Part shown: positions 1 to 9,525 of the stretch, piece after piece
How positions within the stretch are numbered: position 1 is the stretch's first letter
How the letters are laid out: the number at the start of each line of letters is the position of its first letter
Assembly (NCBI RefSeq): GCF_006345805.1
Contig: NW_021824827.1
Span: 1 to 25,211 of the forward strand
Length of the DNA: 25,211 nt
DNA from: Octopus sinensis
Lineage: Eukaryota
Direction of reading: 5' to 3'
Notes under the pieces: model-generated
What the model was told of the DNA's origin: nothing
Databases searched by the model: none
Seen by the model: the letters and a program-made list of their open reading frames with translations, nothing else
Translations under genes and position numbers: made by a program

Positions 1-325
1 ATGCAGGAGCACCGCCTTTAGTCGAACAAATCGACCCCAGGGCTTATTCTTTGTAAGCCTGCTACTTATTCTATCGGTCTTTCGCCGAACCGCTAAGTTA
101 CGGGGGTGTAAACACACCAGCATCAGTTGTCAAGCGATGTTGGGGGGACAAACACAGACATACAAACATATGCACACACATACATACATATATATATGTA
201 TATACGACGGGCTTCTTTCAGTTTCCGTCTATCAAATCCATTCACAAGGTTTTGGTCGGCCCGAGGCTATAGTAGAATACACTTACCTGAGGTGCCACGC
301 AGTGGGACTGAACCCGGAAATGTGG
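1..325 (-). mobile_element. tRNA-derived SINE family 1 (CORE-like), head truncated
   Basis: Same sequence as 3151-3557, 4520-4936 and 18445-18848; CORE-like motif CACCTTGGGCAAGTGTCTT in the family. Confidence 0.85.
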
Positions 326-588
326 TATATAAATGATAAGATCGTTATTGAAATACCGATCTTACAAGGTGGCCAGCATGGGAATTAAAACCTTCGAAGG
401 TAATAAATATTATTAAAATTTAATTTAGGTATCTAAGAGATACCACGCTGGAAATAGGAGCCAAAACTTGACTCTAAAACCACATTAAACCTTCATACAG
501 CATTAGGAGAGAAGTCAAAGAGACAAAATAAACTAGCAAAAAAAAAAAACAAAATACTGGATAATCCTGATCCCGGATTCTGGCTCTT

Positions 589-645
589 CATAAGAAATGC
601 TCTGCCTTCATCAGTGGAATATACTCAGTTACCACATAAATACAG

Positions 646-712
<67 letters not shown>

Positions 713-936
713 CTATAATATATATGTATATATATATATATTTGTATTTATGTGCTATCTGAGTATATTACATGATGAAAGGCAGATCATTTCTCTCTCA
801 TATGTATATAGAGCATAAGAAATGCTTTACCTTCATCAGTGGAATATACTCAGATAGCACATAAATACAAATATATATATTTGTATTTATGTGCGGAGTA
901 TATTCCACTGATGAAGACAGAGCATTTCTTATGCTC
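589..936. repeat. Two adjacent foldback elements with TA-repeat loops; arms carry CTGATGA plus a stem-II hairpin (Penelope-like ends)
   Basis: Arms at about 589-642/744-795 and 811-936 (GAGCATAAGAAATGCT...AGCATTTCTTATGCTC). Confidence 0.6.
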
Positions 937-948
937 GTATATACATAT

Positions 949-997
<49 letters not shown>

Positions 998-1047
998 GGG
1001 AAAAATTTAGAAATAAAGACAAATGGATAGATAGATAGATAGATAGT

Positions 1048-1113
<66 letters not shown>

Positions 1114-1629
1114 TGTTGCAATACTGAGAGAAACAGTGAATGGAAAGTTTAATAGCGAATGTTGCACGCATTACCTTAACCTTGAAAATAAGTTAAAAGA
1201 AATAAAATGTTGCACCAAGAACAATAACAGCAACAACAATGAAGTGAACTAACTTGAAAGTCGTTACGATAAAGAAAAGAAGAAACAAGCCTTTATTGTG
1301 CAACTTTATAATCTTTATTGAAAAGACGCAACAATATGGATTCTTTTCGTTTCGTGTTTGTGTGAGTGTTTTTGTGTATACGTGTGTGTGGTATTTTTGT
1401 TTAATTTTCTGTTGTGCTGATGTGAAAAGTAAGCGGGGTGGTGGTGGTAGCCTGCGCCTTTATTATTTTTTGTAAAGCACCCGGAACTGATGGATGTGAG
1501 TTGCGAGGGGTGGAGAGGAAATAGTTATCCTCGAGCCAGTGTTCGAACCTGAGTGATTTCAGTAACTCTATGAGTCCAGGGTGGCGGATTGGAAGAATCA
1601 TTATGTCGTCGGGGAAGGGGGTGTGGGAA

Positions 1630-1810
1630 ATGTATGGCGATTTGCTCCTCTTCTTTTCATTCTGAGTTCAAACCTCGCCGACGTCAACTTATTCATTTAT
1701 TCCTCAGAGATCGATAAAATAAAATAAGTCAGGTACTTCGATTGGTGGCATCGACTAACCCCCGCATCCCTTCAAAATCACTGGCTTTGTGGCTAAAATA
1801 GGAACAACAG
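1630..1810 (+). mobile_element. Old, degenerate SINE family 2 copy (similar relics at 13480-13625 and 15510-15650 on the minus strand)
   Basis: ttctgagttcaaacctcgccgacgtcaact...gatcgataaaata resembles the family core. Confidence 0.55.
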
Positions 1811-2204
1811 CAGCGTGAACCTACTTATGGTGGTGGAGGGGAGGCAAAACCAGACAGCGGCTTAGGTTTTCGCTGGTGATTAGTTTCCGGCCAGCCTTGA
1901 TCGAACAGATCCTCCAAACGTGACCATCTAGTTTGTTTTAAAATACTGCTTACGTAATTCTATGCCTTATTCGAATTTTTCTTTAAAGACGGCAGGATAT
2001 GTGTGTGTGTGTGTGTGTGTGTGTTTGTATATGTGAGTGTATACCTGTATGTGTTTGTGTATTTCTTTCTGTATGCTTCTGCGTTTGTTTCTTTTTCTTG
2101 GTTCTTCTCACTTTCACTGAAAGAGTAAAGAAAAGGTTCAAATTTGATAGCCAAAAAAAAAAAAAAACAGCAACAACGCAAATATATATAATACTTTCAA
2201 CAAT

Positions 2205-3014
2205 AATCTCAAGACCTGAAATTTGCGTGGAGGGTTAAGTCGATCACATCGGCCCAGTACTAATTTATCAATTCTTAAAGGTAAAATTGACCTCGGCGGA
2301 ATTTGAACTGAGGACGTAGCGTCTGATGAAATATGGCTAAGCATTTTGCCCAGCGTGCTAACGATTCTTATTTCTTTACTACCCACAAGGGGCTAAACAT
2401 AGAGGGGACAAACAAGGACAGACAAAGGGATTAAGTCGATCACATCGGCCCAGTACTAATTTATCAATTCTTAAAGGTAAAATTGACCTCGGCGGAATTT
2501 GAACTGAGGACGTAGCGTCTGATGAAATATGGCTAAGCATTTTGCCCAGCGTGCTAACGATTCTTATTTCTTTACTACCCACAAGGGGCTAAACATAGAG
2601 GGGACAAACAAGGACAGACAAAGGGATTAAGTCGATTACATCGACCCCAGTGCGTAACTGGTACTTAATTTATTGACCCCCGAAAGGATGAAAGGCAAAG
2701 TCGACCTCGGCGGAATTTGAACTCAGAACGTAGCGTCTGATGAAATATGGCTAAGCATTTTACCCTAGGTGCTAACGATTCTTATTTCTTTACTACCCAC
2801 AAGGGGCTAAACATAGAAGGGACAAACAAGGACAGACAAACGGATTAAGACGATTACATCGACCCTAGTGCGTAACTGGTACTTAATTTATCGACCCCGA
2901 AAGGATGAATGACAAAGTCGACCTCGGCGGAATTTGAACTCAGGACGTAGCGACAGGCGAAATATCGCTAAGCATTTTGCCCGGCGTGCTAACGATTCTA
3001 TCAGCACGGCTCCT
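2205..3014 (-). mobile_element. SINE family 2 (tRNA head, Meta-domain-like centre), 4-unit head-to-tail array
   Basis: ttaagtcga-type anchors at 2235, 2431, 2627 and 2845 (periods 196, 196, 218); central GTCGACTTTGCCTTTCATCCTTTCGGGGTCGATAAATTAAGTACCAG on the minus strand. Confidence 0.88.
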
Positions 3015-3150
3015 TCAATAAATATTTATAACAACAACAAATGAAAATAAACAAAACGAAATATAAATGAAATTTAAAAAATGACAAGCAATGTTTTTGA
3101 AATTTGTGTTTACTCAGTGAGTATATTTATGTAGGCGTATATACTCTTAC

Positions 3151-3557
3151 TCTTTACTCTTTTACTGTTTCAGTCATTTGACTGCGGCCATGCTGGAGCA
3201 CCACCTTTAGTCGAGCAAATCGACCCCAGCACTTATTCTTTGTAAGCCTAGTACTTATTGTTTCGGGCTGTTTTGCCGAACCGCTAAGTAACGGGGACGT
3301 AAACACACCAGCATAAATTGTCAAGTGATGTTGTGGGGACAAACACAGACGCACAAACATGTACACACACACAATACATATACATACATATATACGACGG
3401 GCTTCTTTCAGTTTCCGTCTACCAAATCCACTCACAAGGCTTTGGTTGGTCCGAGGCTATAGTAGAAGACACTTGCCAAAGGTGCCACGCAGTGGGACTG
3501 AACCCGGAACCATGTGGTTCGTAAGCAAGTTACTTACCACACAGCCACTCCTGCGCC
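3151..3557 (-). mobile_element. SINE family 1, full length
   Basis: Head GGCGCAGGAGTGGCTGTGTGG (A box) and GGTTCAGTCCC (B box), CORE-like segment, internal CA/TA microsatellite. Confidence 0.9.
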
Positions 3558-3671
3558 TATGTAAATATTGTCTCCCTAAGTTGAAAATCCTCGGTTTCTA
3601 GAACATCTCTGTCTGTCGTAGCCTGAATTTAGTACTCTAAGGGCCTTTGGCAAACTGCTTTGAGTGTGTAG

Positions 3672-3769
3672 ATGTAACGGGATGGTGATTCTGCTACTGT
3701 TAAAGTGGTTGACAATCCCTTTAAAACGGCAACTACTTTAATAGTAGCAGAATCACCATCCCACTACAT
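3672..3769. repeat. About 98-bp hairpin (MITE-like)
   Basis: GGGATGGTGATTCTGCTACTGTTAAAGTGGTTG pairs with CAACTACTTTAATAGTAGCAGAATCACCATCCC. Confidence 0.8.
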
Positions 3770-3954
3770 ATACTTTACATATCGTCTGAGGAAACGCAAT
3801 TAGATCTCATAATGTAGGGAAACAGTTGCATAACGAAGTACCTGCACGCCTGGAGAACTACGTTGCGTGGAAACAATTGTAGAGATTAAATAAAATAAAT
3901 GTCCAACCGTACTCCTTGTTGACACTAATTTTTTCAACTATATATATGTGCATA

Positions 3955-4002
<48 letters not shown>

Positions 4003-4019
4003 ACACACACACACACACA

Positions 4020-4478
4020 CTGGTGAATGGATTTCTGAATTGTTTTCATGTTTTGAATGGTAAAGTCTCCATAATCAGGGTAAAACCAAATCTCGATTGT
4101 ATAATGGCAATGCTCAATGAGAGCGTTCGCAGAATAGTAAAATTTATTCTATCCAAACCACCAACTGGTCACCCTTGTCAGAGCTAAACCATCAACTGGC
4201 CACTTTTGTCAACCATAACCGTTTGTCGTGAGATTTATAATGCTGCATACCTTGAGGCGACTTCTATTGGTGAGCCTTTCTTGTCAACATTAATGAACGG
4301 AAAAAAAATGGTGTCCAATCTGTCAAAATTTCATAGTGGCTCAATGTAACAATAACATCTTCTCTGATACTCCTTTCCGTCTGCCAAATCCACTCACAAG
4401 GCTTTGGTCGGCTCGAGGCTATAATAGAAGGCACTTGCCCAAGGTGTCACGCAGTGGGAATGAAAACCCGAACCATGC

Positions 4479-4523
<45 letters not shown>

Positions 4524-5575
4524 CCTCTCTTTTACTCTCTTACTTGTTTCAGTCATTTGACTGTGGCCATGCTGGAGCAGCCGCGCCTTTAGTCGAGCAA
4601 TCGACCCAGACTTATTCTTCGTAAGCCTAGTACTTATTCTATCGGTCTCTTTTGCCGAACCGCTAAGTTACGGAACGTAAACACACCAGCATCGGTTGTC
4701 AAGCGATGTTGGGGGGACAAACACAGACACACTAACTTATACACACACATACATATATATATATACATATATACGACGGTCTTCTTTCAGTTTCCGTCTA
4801 CCAAATCCACTCACAAGGCTTTGGTCGGCTCGAGGCTATAGTAGAAGACACTTGCCCAAGGTGCAACGCAGTGGGATTGAACCCGGAACCATGTGGTTCA
4901 TAAGCAAGCTACTTACCACACAGCCACTCCTACGCCTATAATGATGTATCATCATCATCAACATCATCATATTTTGCCTTTTTACTCACTCCGGGTCGAG
5001 TTTTTTTTCTGGCGACAATCTGGAGAATCCTTCAGCCCTGGCTGTTTGATCCATACCGTGAAGCCAGGAGGTGGCTCTGCGATGATTTGGACAACCATAT
5101 CACGGAATTCTTTTGGCCCTTTTTCTACATAACAGAAATAATGCCAAAAATTAACTGATTATTTTGGCTGGTCATATCTGTTCTCTGGTTCCTTGGTGAA
5201 AACACAACCTTCCAGGACCATAATATACCGATTGATTCGGTTAATGTTAATTAAAACCGGTACAAATAGCACAAAAGTAAAGTAGAGAACATGGGTTGGT
5301 CCCTACAATCACTGGATCTCAATACAATTGGACATTTATGGTGCATTATGGAGCATCAATTAACAAGCTGCTTCTTCTATCATGGTCGCTAAAAGAGCTA
5401 AAATCGGTTTTACTTGAAAAACAGTTATGAATTCGCCTTACAAACTGTTCAGAAGCTGCATGAAACAATTCTTCGACATATAAAAGTGACTAAATCAAAG
5501 GTGAACCATCTCTGTGCTAAATAATAAAATTGCCGTTTAGTAAGGTATTTCCATTATTTCGTCCAACCTTTGTAC
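4020..5575 (+). pseudogene. Tc1-family transposase relic interrupted by SINEs
   Basis: ...NNIFSD before the SINE, then WRQ...CLIHTVKPGGGSAMIW, FQDHN and W...SLDLNTIGHLW-like motifs; many stops and frameshifts. Confidence 0.7.
4375..4936 (-). mobile_element. SINE family 1: partial copy (about 4375-4460) plus full copy (about 4520-4936)
   Basis: Near-identity to the other copies. Confidence 0.88.
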
Positions 5576-5641
5576 ATACAGACGGTCAACAGATAAACAG
5601 ATACGTAGATCGATCGACAGGCAGATGTTTTTCGCTTAGTT

Positions 5642-5647
5642 TTTATT
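5642..5647 (-). terminator. Candidate polyadenylation signal AATAAA for the mucin-like gene
   Basis: tttatt on the + strand just beyond the MITE nest, about 80 nt from the stop if 5686-6353 is removed; ATTAAA variants also occur inside the nest. Confidence 0.35.
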
Positions 5648-5685
5648 ATTATTTTCTTCTTTTTTTTTTTGTAATCTTCCATGTA

Positions 5686-6353
5686 CGAGGGGTGGGGTGA
5701 AAAGTGTTCCTGGCTTTAGGGGCATAACAAAACGCTTGGTTGGAGGCCCAACCTTCTGAGTTCTTTTACAGGGGTTAGAAAAACTGAAGGATCGCTGCAA
5801 TAGGTGTGTCAAAGGTCGAGCAGAGATGGCTAACGCGTACACTACCGTCAGAAATTAATTAGCACCCTTGATTTGCTCTTCACTCAAGGTATGTGCTGTC
5901 ACCTAGTGGCCATATCTCGAACTATTGCTTTGTTGCGAGTTCACTGTTGCGCAGAAACGATGACGTAACTTTGTTTGCAGAGCAGTTGAGAGAGTCTACA
6001 CACCTTATGATGTTGACATAGCAGTGCAACAACAACTTGGAGTGCGGATGCAGACAAATTCCTTTGTTTAATAGATATAGGTAGCGCCACCGAAATCACA
6101 AACAAACCATACTAAGTTTTCTCATCGCGTAAGACGTTTTGAAACAGCTCATAGGTTAATTGATTTAACCTATTTAATGTAGAAATTTGAGAAGTGCTAA
6201 TTAATTTCTGACGCAAGTGTATATCGCGTTTGTCATCCACTATCGCTTGACCGTCGTGCTCTGAGAAGGGAATATACTGAATGAAGCCATAATTAATTGG
6301 TCCTCCTGTATTTTTCTGTTACTCAAAGCCAGGAACTTTTCAGCATCCCTTCG
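5686..6353. mobile_element. Mariner-type MITE containing nested insertions
   Basis: TIRs CGAGGGGTGGGGTGAAAAGTGTTCCTGGCTTT and (rc) CGAAGGGATGCTGAAAAGTTCCTGGCTTT; TA at the left flank. Confidence 0.75.
5840..6219. mobile_element. Tc1-like MITE, 380 bp, TA target duplication
   Basis: 26-bp TIRs CACTACCGTCAGAAATTAATTAGCAC and CACTTGCGTCAGAAATTAATTAGCAC (24/26); TA on both sides. Confidence 0.85.
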
Positions 6354-6393
6354 TGCAAAGAGGGCTGTATTTGCCATTGCTGGACAGCTTTCA

Positions 6394-6420
6394 TCATAAA
6401 AATACTGGATTCGAGCTGGA
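6394..6420 (-). CDS. Putative terminal exon SSSNPVFL-stop
   Basis: Strong acceptor ttgttgttgttatttacag| at 6421; phase 0 gives a TGA at 6396-6394. Total CDS is 765 nt (254 aa plus stop). Confidence 0.6.
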   Translation of the reverse strand, partial: SSSNPVFL

Positions 6421-6483
6421 CTGTAAATAACAACAACAACAATAAGAACAAAAATTCAATAAACTTCGTAGCAATACAATTAC

Positions 6484-6641
6484 CGGTTTTAAGACACAGC
6501 ATGCTAAGTTCTTATTTTCACACTCATGAATCGGGTCCTCCACGAAGATACCATATGGGCAGCCACCCTTAGACGTCATTTTCGGTAGACAAAAGTTAGG
6601 AATAGGTAGGTTAAGTCCAGGAATTTTTGTACATTGATTAC
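6484..6641 (-). CDS. Exon 4: 6-Cys domain (G)NQCTKIPGLNLPIPNFCLPKMTSKGGCPYGIFVEDPIHECENKNLACCVLKP, beta-defensin-like spacing
   Basis: Acceptor ttttttatag| in phase 1 matching exon 3; donor CCG|GTAATT in phase 0; 158 nt; pattern C-x13-C-x9-C-x12-C-x6-CC. Confidence 0.82.
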
Positions 6642-6679
6642 CTATAAAAAAAACCGAGAGGAACAACAATAATTATTAT

Positions 6680-7448
6680 CCTTTCTATTATAGGAACAAG
6701 GACTAAAATTTTTGGGGGCAAGGGAGATAGTCGATTATATCGACCCCAGTGCGTAACTGGTACTTAATTTATCGACCCCAAAAGGATAAAAGGCAAAGTC
6801 GACCTCGGCGGAATTTGAACTCAGAACGTAGCGGCAGACGAAATACCTATTTCTTTACTACCCACAAGGGGCTAAACACAGAGGGGACAAACAAGGGCAG
6901 ACAAATGGATTAAGTCGATTATATCGACTCCAGTGCATAACTGGTACTTGTTTAATCGACATCGAAAGGATGAAAGGCAAAGTCGACCTCGGCGGAATTT
7001 GAACTCAGAACGTAAAGGCAGACGAAATACCTATTTTTTTTACTACCCACAAGGGGCTAAACACAGAGAGGACAAACAAGGAAAGACAAACGGATTAAAT
7101 CGATTATATTGACCCCAGTGCGTAACTGGTACTTGTTTAATCGAACCCGAAAGGATGAAAGGCAAAGTCGACCTCGGCGGAATTTGAACTCAGAACGTAG
7201 CGGCAGACGAAATACCTATTTCTTTACTACCCACAAGGGGCTAAACACAGAGGGGACAAACAAGGGCAGACAAATGGATTAAGTCGATTATATCGACTCC
7301 AGTGCATAACTGGTACTTGTTTAATCGACATCGAAAGGATGAAAGGCAAAGTCGACCTCGGCGTAATTTGAACTCAGAACCTAGCGGCAGGCGAAATACC
7401 GCTAAGCATTTCGCCCGATGTGCTAACGTTTCTGCCAGCTCGCCGCCT
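6680..7448 (-). mobile_element. SINE family 2, 4-unit array filling intron 3 of the mucin-like gene
   Basis: Periods 184, 185 and 184 bp; a single intact head at about 7448 with A- and B-box-like motifs. Confidence 0.9.
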
Positions 7449-7487
7449 TCTTCTCACCTCTCATTACTATTCACTAGAATAACTTAC

Positions 7488-7868
7488 CTGGCATTTCTGT
7501 CGTGGTGGTCGGTAGCACCATGGTTGTCGTTTGCATAGTGGTGGTGGTAGTCGGTTCCGGGGTGGTGGTCGGTTCTGGAGTGGTAGTCGGTTCCGGAGTG
7601 GTGGTCGGTTCCGGAGTGGTGGTCGGTTCCGGAGTGGTTGTCGGTTCCGGAGTGGTGGTCGGTTCCGGAGTGGTTGTCGGTTTCGGTGTGGTGGTCGGTT
7701 CCGGAGTGGTTGTCGGTTTAGGAGTGGTGGTTGGTTCCGGTGTTGTGGTAGTAGTGGTGGGAAGAGTTGTCGTAGGAGCTGGGATTGTAGTGGTGTACTT
7801 TTCAACGCAGTAATAAATGGACATGGTTCTGTCTGGACATACGTATAATGCATCCGTACAGTTGTCGA
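7488..7868 (-). CDS. Exon 3: (F)DNCTDALYVCPDRTMSIYYCVEKY followed by Thr/Pro-rich mucin-like stalk with 11 P[E/K]PTTT repeats
   Basis: Acceptor atatatttag| and donor CAG|GTAAGT; 381 nt, phase 1-1, open (overlaps track ORF 7474..7824); N-C-T glycosylation sequon. Confidence 0.88.
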
Positions 7869-7943
7869 CTAAATATATTCCCGAACATTTATAACCGGGC
7901 TCAAAACACTGAGGACCTGAAAAAAAAGTTTATGAGGAGATTG

Positions 7944-7960
7944 ACAGACAGATAGACAGG

Positions 7961-8032
<72 letters not shown>

Positions 8033-8057
8033 CAGACAGATAGATAGATAGATAGAC

Positions 8058-8088
<31 letters not shown>

Positions 8089-8089
8089 C

Positions 8090-8130
<41 letters not shown>

Positions 8131-8285
8131 CATAGATAGATATATAGATAGGTAGATAGTAGATAGATAGACAGATAGATAGATAGACAGATAGATAAGA
8201 TAAATAGACAGACAGACAGATAGATAGATAGATAGACAGATTAGATAGATAGATAGATAGATAGAGATAGATAGATAGATAGATA
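7944..8285 (+). repeat. (GATA)n/(GACA)n microsatellite (others at 1026-1112 and 9121-9275)
   Basis: Seen directly. Confidence 0.97.
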
Positions 8286-9120
8286 AGTTTCTTATTGGCC
8301 ACACAGGGCTGCACACAGATGGGACAAATTAACAAGGTAGAGCTTTTCTTTTGGGGGATGAAAAAAAAAGTGGCGTAGGTTTTCGATCAAAAGGGATCGT
8401 AAAAGGGAAAAAACAAAGAAAAAAAGGAAAAGAAACAAAAGAAAAGAAAAAGAAAAAAGAAGAAAAAAGAGGAAAAAAACGATCAATAGGAATCTTGTAT
8501 CACAGTGTCATGATGTACGGTGTAAAAGGGGGAGCAGATAAAGTTTATCCGTGGGAAGAAAAGCCTACGAAAAAGACCACGGTAACCTCGGTCAATATTG
8601 TTATACGTTACCACATTTGTTTGCAAGTGGGTAACCCTCAATTTCTGGGTTCATAGGATTATGCTCAAGGTGGCTTCGTCATTCATACGTGCCATCCTTG
8701 CTACATTCACCCATCTTTTTTTAAAACATTCGCTAGACAAAACTTGCCTCTCTACTCTCACTTTCCTTTTCAAGTGGTACTTGAAGAAGTTGATGAGAGA
8801 TTGACCAGAGAGGAAAGTGTTTGTCTCCAATCCTTTCAGACGCGTCCACCAGATACATTCTTTCGCCATAGCCACAAGGATGATAAAAGTAGCTCTTCCT
8901 TCCCGTTTGAAGGAAGGAGGCGTGACAATATTGACGATATTGGCCCGAAAGTCGTCCCGAACAGGCGGGTCAGGTATTCCTCGTCGACGTCCAGGTTCGC
9001 CCCGAGCTCGTCGTCGTACCTCCCCTCTACTAATCCCCTATAGAATGCTTGGGTTGTGATGGAGTCTCTCAGGGTCGATCCGGGGCGGCAGAGTTGCTTG
9101 AGAGCAACGCGACACTCGTG
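8286..9120 (-). mobile_element. 5'-truncated Tx1-like (L1 clade) LINE 3' end, frameshifted
   Basis: Degenerate ORF2 C-terminus (track ORFs 8836..9369 in part and 8651..8875, e.g. MAKECIWWTRLKGL...KRWVNVARM), T-rich 3'UTR, both ends abut (GATA)n. Family assignment is from recalled motif similarity. Confidence 0.65.
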
Positions 9121-9121
9121 G

Positions 9122-9165
<44 letters not shown>

Positions 9166-9173
9166 CATATATA

Positions 9174-9215
<42 letters not shown>

Positions 9216-9230
9216 GAGAGAGAGCGAGAG

Positions 9231-9276
<46 letters not shown>

Positions 9277-9309
9277 CCACCATACCACACAAATATACGC
9301 ACACGCGCA

Positions 9310-9495
9310 GTCACACGTACACGTATACGATTGGCTTCCGCACAGTTTCCTTCTATGAAATCCCCTCACAAGGCTTTGGTTGACTCGTGTCTATAGTAGA
9401 GTACACTTACCTAAAGTGCCGTGCAGCGGGACTGAACCCGGAACCGCGTGGTTGAAAAGCGAGTTTCTTAAACATGCACCTTATGTTTACGCCTA
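9310..9495 (-). mobile_element. Diverged SINE family 1 variant (5' half)
   Basis: cacaaggctttggttgac...gggactgaacccggaacc motif shared with the family. Confidence 0.75.
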
Positions 9496-9525
9496 CAGAA
9501 TGTATAATTATAGTAACTAAACAAC

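Noticed and set aside
2138-2582. Duplicated MGSKEIRIV ORFs and recurring KDERQSRPRRNLN or MSSDVGGTNTD ORFs
   Set aside because: Incidental frames of SINE copies.
2205-3014. Regular repeats suggesting a CRISPR-like array
   Set aside because: Units are 184-218 bp SINE bodies without unique spacers, in eukaryotic context.
6297-6420. Alternative terminal-exon frame PARIQYFYDESCPAMANTALF
   Set aside because: Needs a phase-2 donor that exon 4 does not provide, and it runs into the MITE terminal repeat.
7467-7853. Overlapping ORFs with RNRPPL, VVVGSG and GGRFRS repeats
   Set aside because: Alternative frames and strands of the 18-bp repeat; only the PEPTTT frame has matching splice sites and phases.
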